Below, piece after piece: positions 27,225 through 36,690 of a stretch of 43,977 nucleotides of DNA. Every line of letters starts with the position of its first letter. Position 1 is the first letter of the stretch. The translations under genes and the position numbers were made by a program. Location of the stretch: contig CAZFVT010000001.1 in assembly GCA_964522355.1 (NCBI GenBank), positions 1-43,977 of the forward strand, given 5' to 3'. A model generated the notes under the pieces. The model saw only the letters and a program-made list of their open reading frames with translations, searched no databases and was not told the DNA's origin. This DNA comes from an uncultured Woeseiaceae bacterium (GTDB lineage Bacteria; Pseudomonadota; Gammaproteobacteria; Steroidobacterales; Woeseiaceae).

Positions 27225-28271
27225 TCAGCCTTCAGGCAAAGAATTTCGCATAGCCTGCTTGCGGTAGGCCGTTCTCAGCAAAGGCCAACCGCGTGACACC
27301 AGCTTCAGTATGGCGGGACTGGTGTCACCGCCCGGCATAATTGAAAGGGGAAAGCGCCTGGAGGAAAGCTCCCGCATTGCCTTGTCATAGCAGTTGGCAG
27401 CCCGGTCAGAAACACCTGCCGAAAAGTACTTCATTGCCAGCACCATGAACTGATCGGCCAGCGAGAAACGGAGAATGTCGTGCTGTGATTCGGGCAGGTT
27501 GTTGAGCAACCAACGATACGGCGGCTCGACCAACGACTCGTACTGCTGCAGCATCTCGGATCCCGCAAAGCGCTGTGTCCAGGCGCCCGCATTGCCTACT
27601 CTGTAGGCCGAGAGTACGTCGGGAATAAAAAGGGCGCCGCCGGCGCTGGTAGCAATGATCTGGAAGAATTTGTCAGACACCGGCGCGATTTCGACGCAGC
27701 GCGAGATGGCAGGCAAATACTCGGCGCGCAGCATGACTGACGGTGTCGGGCAGAATCCACCGCCCCCCAGCACAACGCGTTCGAAGGGAACCCGGCATTC
27801 GTCGCTCGAGAGTTGACCGGACACCCCCGCATTGTCCGACTCGCCGCGGACACGCTGGACGGGGTGAAACGACAAGCCAACCTCAGGGTGCCGACGCATC
27901 GCGGCAACCTGCCGGGAGAGCTTGTCGGGTGACAGCCAGAAATCGTCACCTTCACAAAAAGCGACAAACTCACCGCGAGCAATCGGAAACAGGAACCGCG
28001 GCGCGATGATGGGCATTTTGCTGTACTGGTTTTCATCGTGATACACGACGCGAACGACGCCCGGGTACCGCGACTCGTAGTCCCGCAATATCTCCGTAGA
28101 GCCATCTGTAGACGCGTCGTCATTCAGCAGAATCTCGAAGCGCTCACCCTGTTGCGCAAGAAGACTGTCCAGCATCCTCGGTAGATTCTGCGCGTGATTG
28201 TAGACAGGACAGCAGATGCTGACCGTCGGCTGAAGACCTGCGCCCTCCGTCACGCCTGTGGCCTCCGACAC
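27225..28271 (-). CDS. Family 2 glycosyltransferase
   Basis: VSICCPVYNHAQNLPRMLDSLLAQQ...ILLNDDASTDGS is the GT2 N-terminal DxD-type region. GTG start 1 nt after the flippase stop. Confidence 0.85.
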   Translation of the reverse strand: MSEATGVTEGAGLQPTVSICCPVYNHAQNLPRMLDSLLAQQGERFEILLNDDASTDGSTEILRDYESRYPGVVRVVYHDENQYSKMPIIAPRFLFPIARGEFVAFCEGDDFWLSPDKLSRQVAAMRRHPEVGLSFHPVQRVRGESDNAGVSGQLSSDECRVPFERVVLGGGGFCPTPSVMLRAEYLPAISRCVEIAPVSDKFFQIIATSAGGALFIPDVLSAYRVGNAGAWTQRFAGSEMLQQYESLVEPPYRWLLNNLPESQHDILRFSLADQFMVLAMKYFSAGVSDRAANCYDKAMRELSSRRFPLSIMPGGDTSPAILKLVSRGWPLLRTAYRKQAMRNSLPEG

Positions 28272-28272
28272 A

Positions 28273-29787
28273 TCATGAATGCGTCACCGTACGGCGTAAG
28301 GCTCCCGCGCCCAGCTCACGCATCAGCGACGAACCCAGCGCGGTAACCAGGAGCTGAACGCCCCCCGCCAGGCAAAGAAGGCCAAGCTGATACGCCAGCG
28401 GCAGATCAACATCGATGCGAATGAAGTTCGCGAGGACAGCAGCCCCTGCAGCACCACTGAGGAATACCGGGAGCACGTCGCGCAGCAGCCACGTTCGATG
28501 CAATCCGGGAATGAGCGATGCATGGACGATAGCGGTCCAACCAACAAACCAGAGCAGCCGAACGACGAACCAGGCAATGCCCGCACCGACGGCGCCGTAT
28601 GTCAGGGCACCCGCCACCATCGCCGGAATCTGCACAACCGCTGACACGGTTGCTCCCTTGACGTGCAGCCGCAGGTCGCCCATGGCGTTCTGAAGGAAGT
28701 ACTGAAAGGCGGTGATCGCCAGCAATCCATGCCCCAGAGCAAACCAGAAGAGTACCGGGCCAGCCCAGGTAGCAGCCTCGGCATCGCCACTCCATACAAG
28801 GATGATCTGCGAACCGTATAGCGCCAGCACTGCAGCGATCGATACAGCGAACACCGCGACAACCTGCGTTGCCTTACCGTAGGTGTCGACGAGACCGTCG
28901 CGGTCGCCAGCCGCATGCAGACTGGTCAGCCTGGGCAGCAGCGCGTTGGCGATAGGCACGGTAACCATCGATAACGCGGTCGCTGCCAGGGCAACAAAAC
29001 TGAAGTAGCCGAATTCGGTCAACGACAGCACTTTGGAAAGGACCAGTCGATCTGTTTGGGTAACAGCCGTCCACACCGCCGTCGTATAACCGAGGCTGAG
29101 CGCAAACCGCCAAAGCGCAGGCTCTACGCCTTTTGTTGGCGACTCCGCATCGTCCGGCTCAGCTGAAACGATGCGTGCCACCCGCAGCCGGTATACGAGA
29201 ATTTCAACCACCGCGAGTGCCGCCTGAAACACGAAGAACGTCCCGAGATCAGGGGTCCAGATCAGCATCGCTGCGACGACGCCCAGGTACCGGGCCACGG
29301 CAAAAAGGGAATCAACAACCCCCAGCCATACCTGCTTTTCGCTGCCGATAATCGCCGCCCGATAGAGATAGGTCAGCATCCGTATAGCGAGCGTCAAGCC
29401 GATCAGGCGCACGGCCGTCAGCATTACCGATGCTTCGATCTCGCCCGGGTTAAGCCAGTTGAAGGCGATCTGTGAACTGCCAAGATAAACGCCGAAACAG
29501 ACCACCACGGCAATCGCAGTCACAACCCGCTCGAACGTCCGAAATATCGAGCGCAACTCCCGGCCTCCTCCGGGCTGCTCTTTCCAATAGGCAACCTGAC
29601 GCTGCAGCGTGGGGCTGAGACCAAGGTCAAACAGAACGATCCACGCCTGCCCCATCAGGAAAAAGCCCACCGCGCCGAAGGCCTCGCTGCCGAGCATGCG
29701 CAGGTAGAACGGCATCGCGACCACCGCGAGTGCGGTTGCGATCAGGCGGCTTGCCAGGTTTGCCGTTGCGTTTCTGCTGATGCTCAT
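28273..29787 (-). CDS. Wzx-like oligosaccharide flippase (MOP superfamily)
   Basis: 504 aa with about 12-14 TM segments. N-terminus SRNATANLASRLIATALAVVAMPFYLRMLGSEAFG is typical of polysaccharide biosynthesis (PST) flippases. Confidence 0.8.
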   Translation of the reverse strand: MSISRNATANLASRLIATALAVVAMPFYLRMLGSEAFGAVGFFLMGQAWIVLFDLGLSPTLQRQVAYWKEQPGGGRELRSIFRTFERVVTAIAVVVCFGVYLGSSQIAFNWLNPGEIEASVMLTAVRLIGLTLAIRMLTYLYRAAIIGSEKQVWLGVVDSLFAVARYLGVVAAMLIWTPDLGTFFVFQAALAVVEILVYRLRVARIVSAEPDDAESPTKGVEPALWRFALSLGYTTAVWTAVTQTDRLVLSKVLSLTEFGYFSFVALAATALSMVTVPIANALLPRLTSLHAAGDRDGLVDTYGKATQVVAVFAVSIAAVLALYGSQIILVWSGDAEAATWAGPVLFWFALGHGLLAITAFQYFLQNAMGDLRLHVKGATVSAVVQIPAMVAGALTYGAVGAGIAWFVVRLLWFVGWTAIVHASLIPGLHRTWLLRDVLPVFLSGAAGAAVLANFIRIDVDLPLAYQLGLLCLAGGVQLLVTALGSSLMRELGAGALRRTVTHS

Positions 29788-29876
29788 TCCGGATCCGGAT
29801 TGGTGCTGTATTCAGAAGATTACCGATCAATCAACGCGAAATCCCGAATCGCCGTCACGCGAGAACCTTTCGTCCC

Positions 29877-31817
29877 GTGACCCGGTTCCGAATCCCGACA
29901 ACCGGCCTGTCATTTCCCGGGGTGTTGTGTATCTTCGCGATTGTGAAAAGCGTCCTGATATTCACCGGTTTCAACACGCGAGCGGTCATTGCCTTTCTGC
30001 GGACTCTCGTGGCCCGCAATGTGCACTTCGTCCTGGTTGCCTCGTCACCGGAAGACCCGATATTCGAGACTGACTATGGCGAAGCGGTCGTCATCACGCG
30101 ACCAGACATAGCCCTGGATCAGACCGTATTCCGCAGCATCTTCAATGAAGTCACCAAACGCCATCCGGACCATGAGTTTCTGATTGCACCCACATCGGAG
30201 GCGCTGAATCGCTTCCTGCTCGTGAATCCGGAGCTTTATGAGGGAGGCGCGTTCACGCTGCCGCTCGCCGGGCAAGAGACCTACCTTTGCGTTTCAGACA
30301 AGCTGCCGTTTATAGAGCTTTGCCAGGAGTTTGATCTGCCGGTGCCGGAAGCGGTGTCTCTGGCGAGTGAGGGCTCATTCCCGATTGTTGCCAAGCCCCG
30401 GTATTACATCGGAGAACACACCGGCGCTTATCTGAAGCCGGAGATTCTCGAATCAGAGAGCGACGTTGATGCATTCCGTCGCAATCACGACGAAAGGGAG
30501 TTCATCTACCAGGCATTCGTCGACGGGCATAGCTTTTACCTGCTGATGTATTTGCCAAGACGAGGCAACCCGACGGTGATTTCCCAGGAGAACCTGGTGC
30601 AGCAGCCGGGCGGCGCATCGATCCTCGCCGCTGAGATCTCATACATCCATGAGCGCATCGATTGGCAGACCTATGCTGAAGCCCTGCGGCAGGTCGGCTT
30701 CCATGGCCTGATCATGATCGAACTTCGCGGCCGGGACGGTGACTACCGAATGATCGAGGCCAATCCGCGCTTCTGGGGCCCGTCGCAGCTTTTTGTCGAC
30801 GCCGGATGTAACCTCTTCGAGGCGCTGCTGGCCGACTACGGCCTGCTGCCGAGTCGATATGCTCGCCAGCCGAAGCCTGCTAAATGTCGTTACTTCTGGG
30901 ATGACGGCCATGCATTTAATGGCGACGAGATCGATCGCCTCGCCTTCCATCGCATCACGCAGCAGGCATTCCTGTCGGACTATGCCGAGTGGGACGCCTA
31001 TAATCTTTTCGACCGCCCGGACACGAGAGCGTTGTACACCCAGATGACAGAGAATTCGACGCCTGCTAGGCGAGCCAGGCTGAGGCGCCTGTACGAACAG
31101 TCGAGCAAACATTCCGGATACCAGTCACTGGCACCGTCGCTGACCACCATACTGGGTGCGTCTGCGATCGATGCGGCCGACAAGTATGAGAATGAGCGGC
31201 TGGCGTTCATTCAGTCCCACCTGTCGTTTGAGAACAAGCGAGTCGTCGACGTCGGCGGCAATACGGGCTTCTTTGCATTGACGGCGGCCGAGACCGCCTC
31301 ACGGGTAGACTACTTCGAAGGCAACGCCGACCACGCGGCGTTTGTTGACGAGGCCGTCTCCGCGCTGGGCCTGGGCGAACGTGTCAACGTACATGCCAGC
31401 TACCTGGAGTTCGACGACCTGCCGGAGACGCGTTACGACGTAATGCTCCTGCTAAACGTTCTGCATCATGTCGGCGATGACTTCGGCGACGGCGGCCTCT
31501 CACTGGAACAGGCGCACGATCAGATTATTCGTGACCTGAGAGCAGCCCTGCAGATCGCCGAAGTCATTGTCTTTCAGCTGGGCTTCAACTGGCAGGGCAA
31601 CGTTGCCCAACCGCTGTTTGCGGGCGGCACGAAAGCCGAGATGATTTCCTTCATCAAATCCGGCATCAATGACCTCGCCAGCTTAACCGCCATTGGGATA
31701 GCGACCGGAACGCGGTCGAAGGCCGTTTACGAACCTGTTGATGACGCGAACCTGGCTCGACGCGATGATCTGGGCGAGTTCCTCAACCGACCCATCTTCA
31801 TCCTTGAGCGCAAGTAG
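29877..31817 (+). CDS. Fusion of an ATP-grasp ligase domain and a class I SAM-dependent methyltransferase domain
   Basis: The ATP-grasp core runs from PIVAKPRYY through FHGLIMIELRGRDGDYRMIEANPRFWG. The C-terminal VVDVGGNTGFF...DVMLLLNVLHHV is a methyltransferase motif I/post-I. The start is uncertain: in-frame GTG at 29877, or GTG at 29943 giving (M)KSVLIFTGFN. Confidence 0.7.
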   Translation: MTRFRIPTTGLSFPGVLCIFAIVKSVLIFTGFNTRAVIAFLRTLVARNVHFVLVASSPEDPIFETDYGEAVVITRPDIALDQTVFRSIFNEVTKRHPDHEFLIAPTSEALNRFLLVNPELYEGGAFTLPLAGQETYLCVSDKLPFIELCQEFDLPVPEAVSLASEGSFPIVAKPRYYIGEHTGAYLKPEILESESDVDAFRRNHDEREFIYQAFVDGHSFYLLMYLPRRGNPTVISQENLVQQPGGASILAAEISYIHERIDWQTYAEALRQVGFHGLIMIELRGRDGDYRMIEANPRFWGPSQLFVDAGCNLFEALLADYGLLPSRYARQPKPAKCRYFWDDGHAFNGDEIDRLAFHRITQQAFLSDYAEWDAYNLFDRPDTRALYTQMTENSTPARRARLRRLYEQSSKHSGYQSLAPSLTTILGASAIDAADKYENERLAFIQSHLSFENKRVVDVGGNTGFFALTAAETASRVDYFEGNADHAAFVDEAVSALGLGERVNVHASYLEFDDLPETRYDVMLLLNVLHHVGDDFGDGGLSLEQAHDQIIRDLRAALQIAEVIVFQLGFNWQGNVAQPLFAGGTKAEMISFIKSGINDLASLTAIGIATGTRSKAVYEPVDDANLARRDDLGEFLNRPIFILERK

Positions 31818-31836
31818 CTGCCGGCCGCCGCCAACG

Positions 31837-32908
31837 CTACAAAGACCGGTTCACAATCTCCGCGATACGATCGACGTCAGCGTCGCTCAGCTGCGAGTCC
31901 ACGGGCAGGCACAGAATCCTCTCGCTGATGTTGGCGGCAACCGGTGTCGATGCTCTTGATGCCGGATCGCCTAAGCAAGGGTGAAAGTACTGGCGGGCGA
32001 TGATGTCGTTGTCGGCGAGCGCCCGCTGGGCACCTTCCCTCTGATCTGGCGTCTCGAATACCAGCGGGCAGTAGGCGCCGTTATCGGTTGCGTCCGCAGC
32101 CCGCGCCTGGAAAGCGATGGCGTCATCCAGTTGATGCCGGTATCGCGCCTTGACTTCGCAGCGGCGTTCCATGATCCGCGGCATCTCATCCAGCAGCGCA
32201 AGACCGTAGGCGGCGTGCAGTTCGCTGAGCTTTGCGTTCGTACCGACAAGCGTTGTGCCCTCTTGTTCGGAACGACGACCGAATCGGATGATGTCACGTG
32301 CCGCCTCCAGCGCTTCGTCATCGCGGAAGAGGACGGCTCCGCCTTCCACCGTGCTGAAGACCTTGGTTGCGTGAAAGCTCATCGTGGCGGCGTCGCCTTC
32401 GAGGAGAATGCTGCGACCATCCCGCTCAACACCAAAAGCATGGGCGGCGTCATACACGACTTTCGCCGAACTTACGGGCGTAGTCGTCGATTGCCGATGT
32501 ATCGCAGGGGTTTGAGAAAACGTGTACAGGTACCACGACGTCAGCATTCTCACCGTCGACATCGAGACCGTCGGCTGCCAGGTTCAGGCTGTGCGGGTCG
32601 ATATCCCGAAAACTGACGTTCAGCCCCTCCCAGAGGAGTGAGCTCTCGGTCGCGGCGAAGGTAAAGGGTGTGGTCAGCGCCGTCTTCCCGTTACCGCTCA
32701 GCGAAAGCGCGCGGTAAGCAACCTGCATCGCGAGCGTGCCGTTCGCCACCAGCAGCAGACCCTGGACGCCAAGGAATTCCTCAAGGCGCTCAGTCAGTTC
32801 GACCAGCAGCGGACCGTCATTGGTCAGCCGTGACCGGGACATCGCCGCATCGATGAGCCGGTCAAACTCACGTTTCGACGGTTCTTCCGGGCGACCGATG
32901 CTGATCAT
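31837..32908 (-). pseudogene. DegT/DnrJ/EryC1/StrS-family sugar aminotransferase disrupted by a frameshift
   Basis: The N-terminal 152 aa (32450-32908) and C-terminal part (31837-~32470) lie in different frames. They rejoin as ...IDDYARKFG / (A)KVVYDAAHAFG around 32464. The PLP-lysine motif SFHATK is present in the distal frame. The ATG overlaps the rfbA stop. Confidence 0.75.
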
Positions 32909-33771
32909 GACCGGATCAGGCTGAGCAGATAGTCGTCGTAGGGATTGCTCGGCGCGCCCTCGAGCATCGTTTCGATGTCGGCTGCAGAAAGCCAGCCCAT
33001 ACGCCAGGCGATCTCCTCGAGGCAGGCAATCTTGAAGCCCTGCCGGGCTTCGATGGTTCCCACGAAGTGCGCAGCATCAAGAAGACTGTCGCAGGTTCCG
33101 GTATCGAGCCAGGCAAACCCGCGGCCGAGCAGCTCGATGCGCAGATCGCCCCGATCAAGATATGCCTGGTTGACGGAGGTAATCTCGAGCTCACCGCGCG
33201 CCGACGGTTCAATACCTTTGGCGATTTCAACGACGTCATTGTCGTAGAAGTACAGGCCGGTAACCGCATACTGTGACTTCGGCTGTGCCGGCTTCTCTTC
33301 GATCGAGATCACACGCAGCGACTCGTCAAACTCCACTACGCCGAAGCGCTCAGGGTCTTTGACCTGGTAGCCGAAGATCGTCGCGCCGCTGTCCCGGCGG
33401 GCTGCCCCGCTTAACTTGCCACTGAACGCCTGGCCGTAGAACACGTTGTCGCCCAGCACCAGGCATACGCCGTCATTGCCGATAAACGACTCACCGATCA
33501 GAAGCGCTTGCGCGAGTCCGTCCGGGCTTGCCTGTTCCGCGTATTCGAGGTTCACGCCAAATCGCTCACCGTTACCAAGCAGCCGTTGATAGGCCTCGGT
33601 GTCCTGCGGTGTCGTGATGATCAGGATGTCGCGAATGCCCGCCAGCATCAGCACCGATAGCGGGTAATAGATCATCGGCTTGTCGTAGATCGGCAGCAGC
33701 TGTTTCGAGACTCCGCGCGTAATCGGGTAGAGCCGGGAGCCGCTGCCGCCAGCAAGAATGATGCCCTTCAT
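32905..33771 (-). CDS. rfbA: Glucose-1-phosphate thymidylyltransferase
   Basis: [55 protein letters not shown]. Start chosen at 33771, which overlaps the rfbB stop as ATGA. Confidence 0.95.
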   Translation of the reverse strand: MKGIILAGGSGSRLYPITRGVSKQLLPIYDKPMIYYPLSVLMLAGIRDILIITTPQDTEAYQRLLGNGERFGVNLEYAEQASPDGLAQALLIGESFIGNDGVCLVLGDNVFYGQAFSGKLSGAARRDSGATIFGYQVKDPERFGVVEFDESLRVISIEEKPAQPKSQYAVTGLYFYDNDVVEIAKGIEPSARGELEITSVNQAYLDRGDLRIELLGRGFAWLDTGTCDSLLDAAHFVGTIEARQGFKIACLEEIAWRMGWLSAADIETMLEGAPSNPYDDYLLSLIRS

Positions 33772-34850
33772 CTGGAGACGCCCGCCGATCGGGTTGCAAA
33801 TCGAGCCACCGGTTCCTGCGCCTTGGAGGCGACGCGCTGGCACCACGCCAGGTTCTCGAGATACCAGGCTACGGTCTTGCGCAGGCCAGACTCGAAGCTC
33901 TCTGCCGGCGCCCAGCCGAGCTCTCGGCGAATTCGGGATGCGTCAATTGCGTAGCGAAGGTCGTGACCGGGACGGTCATCAACAAATGCGATGAGATCCT
34001 CATAAGCTTTCACACCGTCCGGCTTGTCAGGACGGAGTTCCTCCAGCAGCGCACAGATCATTCGTACAACGTCGATATTGGCGCACTCGGCGGAGCCGCC
34101 GATATTGAATGTCTCCCCAACCGGGCCCCGTCGAACGACTTCGTGCAAGGCGCGCGCGTGGTCTTCGACAAACAACCAGTCGCGACGCTGTAATCCATCT
34201 CCATAAACCGGCAGCTGCTCGCCGTTCAGGGCCTTCAGCAGAACCAGCGGAATCAGTTTTTCCGGGTACTGGTAAGGGCCGTAGTTGTTTGACGTATTGG
34301 TAATGATAGTAGGCAGCTTGTAGGTCCGCGCCCAGGCGCGGACCAGGTGATCCGCTCCCGCCTTGCTCGCCGCATACGGTGAACTCGGGGCGTATCGCGA
34401 AGTTTCCTCAAACGGCTCGTCGTCGGCCGGCAGGTCGCCGAAAACCTCATCTGTCGAAATGTGGTGCAGACGAAACGCCGATTGCCGCGTCTTGTCGAGC
34501 TCCGAAAAGTAGTCGCGACAGACTTCAAGCAGCTGAAAGGTGCCAAACAGATTCGTCTCGATGAAACCCGCAGGGCCACCGATAGATCGATCGACGTGGG
34601 TTTCGGCTGCCAGGTGCATGACCGAGTCGGGCTGGTGTTCGGCGAATACCGCACGCAGGGCGCGCTGGTCGCAGATATCGATCTGCTCAAACGCGTATCC
34701 CGGCAGCTCGCTGACCTCGCTCAGCGACTCGAGGTCACCCGCGTAGGTCAGCTTGTCGACGTTGACGACGGAGTCCGAGGTTGCTGTAAGGATGTGCCGT
34801 ATAACAGCCGAACCGATGAACCCGGCGCCGCCGGTAACCAGGATCTTCAT
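33768..34850 (-). CDS. rfbB: dTDP-glucose 4,6-dehydratase
   Basis: [16 protein letters not shown] (start chosen at 34850), [11 protein letters not shown] (YxxxK), and [18 protein letters not shown]. Confidence 0.95.
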   Translation of the reverse strand: MKILVTGGAGFIGSAVIRHILTATSDSVVNVDKLTYAGDLESLSEVSELPGYAFEQIDICDQRALRAVFAEHQPDSVMHLAAETHVDRSIGGPAGFIETNLFGTFQLLEVCRDYFSELDKTRQSAFRLHHISTDEVFGDLPADDEPFEETSRYAPSSPYAASKAGADHLVRAWARTYKLPTIITNTSNNYGPYQYPEKLIPLVLLKALNGEQLPVYGDGLQRRDWLFVEDHARALHEVVRRGPVGETFNIGGSAECANIDVVRMICALLEELRPDKPDGVKAYEDLIAFVDDRPGHDLRYAIDASRIRRELGWAPAESFESGLRKTVAWYLENLAWCQRVASKAQEPVARFATRSAGVSR

Positions 34851-35061
34851 GCTTTCGAGGTGCCTGCCCAGTAAGGCCGTCATTTGACCATAACCCGCTC
34901 TAAACCGTCGAAAACGGCGGTGGAAAGCGTGACGCAATCGACACCGCGATCAGGCCGAAAGCCGGGCGAATGCCGGCAGGCAGACGCTTTAATACGCGGC
35001 AGCCCTGGCTTTCAGCTCATACGACGCCCGGAAAAGACCCCGTCAAGGCGACAACGACCGG

Positions 35062-36519
35062 CTATTCCTTCGAGAAGTCGACGTCGAGCTCCGAAGCAAG
35101 GAAGAACACCGTCGCGTAGGTTGCCGTCAGGTAACGCATGTCTTCCGGGATGATCTTGTCGAAGGTGTCGTTGGGCGTGTGGTGGTAGTGGAAATAGTCG
35201 TTCGAGTTCTGGGTGAAGTTGAGCGCCGGCATCCCGGCACGTCCCAGGACGCTCATGTCCGAGGCGCCCAGCGCATCATTGGCATCGCTCCAGGCGATGC
35301 CCAGCGGTTCCACGAGCTTGTGCATCTCCCGAACCACCGGTACGGCGCTAACACCGACGCCGGAGGTCAGGGTATGAATCCGGCCGCCGCCGCTGTCGAC
35401 TTCGGCGCCGAGGATGTGATCGGCAATCTCATAGTTGTGCTGCTCGGCATACGCACGAACGCCAATGAGTCCAATCTCCTCCGCGCCGAAGAGCAGCACG
35501 CGAATGCTGCGCCGGGGCTGGCCAGTGAGATCCCTGATCAGGGCCGCCGCGGCCATCATTGAGCCAACGCCGGCGCCGTCGTCCAGCGCGCCCGTGCCCT
35601 CATCCCAGGAATCGAGATGGGCGCCGAGCACCAGGTAACGGCCCTCGTCCTCACGCCCGGTAATCTCGCCGATAACGTTCCGGCTGATGACCGGACCGGT
35701 GATCTCCGAGGTCATGTTGAGCCTGACCTGCACAGGCACGCCGCGCTTCAACATGTTCTGCAGCAGAATCGCGTCGGGCGCGGACACCGCCGCGGCCGGA
35801 ATTCTGCGCACCCCATCTTCATAACCGAAACCGCTGCCTGTGTGCGCCATGCGGCTGTCGTCCGTACCTACCGAGCGAATGATGACCGCTTCGGCGCCGC
35901 GTTTGGCCGCCTCAACGTGGCCGCGTCCGCGGGCCCGCGTGCCCTGCCCATAGCCGGACATCTGCGATGCGCCCTCGGGCGGTACGTAGTCCGCCATGCT
36001 GTAGGAGACGAAGGCGATTTTTCCGTCGAGGCTGTCGCCTTCCGGGACGGCCAACAGGTCATCGAATGTCTTGAACTCGACGATCTCGGCAACCAGGTCG
36101 CCGCCGGTGCCGACGCTGTAGCCCAGCGCGGTTGCCACCATTCGCTGCGGATAGGGTGACACAACCTCGGCGGTCACCTCGCCGCGGATCCAGCCCTGTT
36201 CAACCGGAAACTCCTCGGTCCAGACTCGATCGAACCCCAGCTCTTCAAACTTGGCAACCGCCCAGTCAACGGCTCGAGCATCTCCGGGTGTACCCACGCG
36301 CCGCGGTCCGACCTCAGTTGTCAGCGATTCGACGATGTCCACGGACAAATCGCTCTGCAGCGCCTGTTCGCGAAGCGTAGTCGCCCGGTCAACCAATGCC
36401 TGGGGAATCACGGAAGTGTCGACGGCTTCCGTCACGACCTCGCTTGCGGGCTCTTCCTGCGCGCAGGCGGCAACAAGAATGAGGGATACGGGCAAGAGCG
36501 TGGCGATACGGCGGTTCAT
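35062..36519 (-). CDS. M28-family metallo-aminopeptidase with PA domain; probable lipoprotein
   Basis: Lipobox LILVAA-C. Zinc-ligand regions GAHLDSWDEGTGALDDGAGV and FGAEEIGLIG. Confidence 0.85.
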   Translation of the reverse strand: MNRRIATLLPVSLILVAACAQEEPASEVVTEAVDTSVIPQALVDRATTLREQALQSDLSVDIVESLTTEVGPRRVGTPGDARAVDWAVAKFEELGFDRVWTEEFPVEQGWIRGEVTAEVVSPYPQRMVATALGYSVGTGGDLVAEIVEFKTFDDLLAVPEGDSLDGKIAFVSYSMADYVPPEGASQMSGYGQGTRARGRGHVEAAKRGAEAVIIRSVGTDDSRMAHTGSGFGYEDGVRRIPAAAVSAPDAILLQNMLKRGVPVQVRLNMTSEITGPVISRNVIGEITGREDEGRYLVLGAHLDSWDEGTGALDDGAGVGSMMAAAALIRDLTGQPRRSIRVLLFGAEEIGLIGVRAYAEQHNYEIADHILGAEVDSGGGRIHTLTSGVGVSAVPVVREMHKLVEPLGIAWSDANDALGASDMSVLGRAGMPALNFTQNSNDYFHYHHTPNDTFDKIIPEDMRYLTATYATVFFLASELDVDFSKE

Positions 36520-36690
36520 GCGGGGTACTCCGGTTCGATAGGCTGGCGTATTGTTCTGACGCCATTGTAATGGAACCGACGAGCCGGACCGGCTTGTTGC
36601 ACCGCTGGGCGATCCGGCCAGCCTTACCGTTCGACCCAGTGGCGGCGGTTTAGGTTAGGCTCTGCCGCTCTTTCCCTGCTGTGGGCACAG

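Noticed and set aside
29788-29799. Perfect 12-bp palindrome TCCGGATCCGGA next to the wzx start as an operator
   Set aside because: It abuts the ATG, in the RBS position, and contains a trivial GGATCC core. There is no second copy elsewhere in the window.
34851-35061. JUMPstart/ops element upstream of rfbB
   Set aside because: Only GGCGGTGG was found, and it is on the + strand, which is the non-transcribed orientation for this minus-strand operon. There is no GGCGGTAG on the correct strand.
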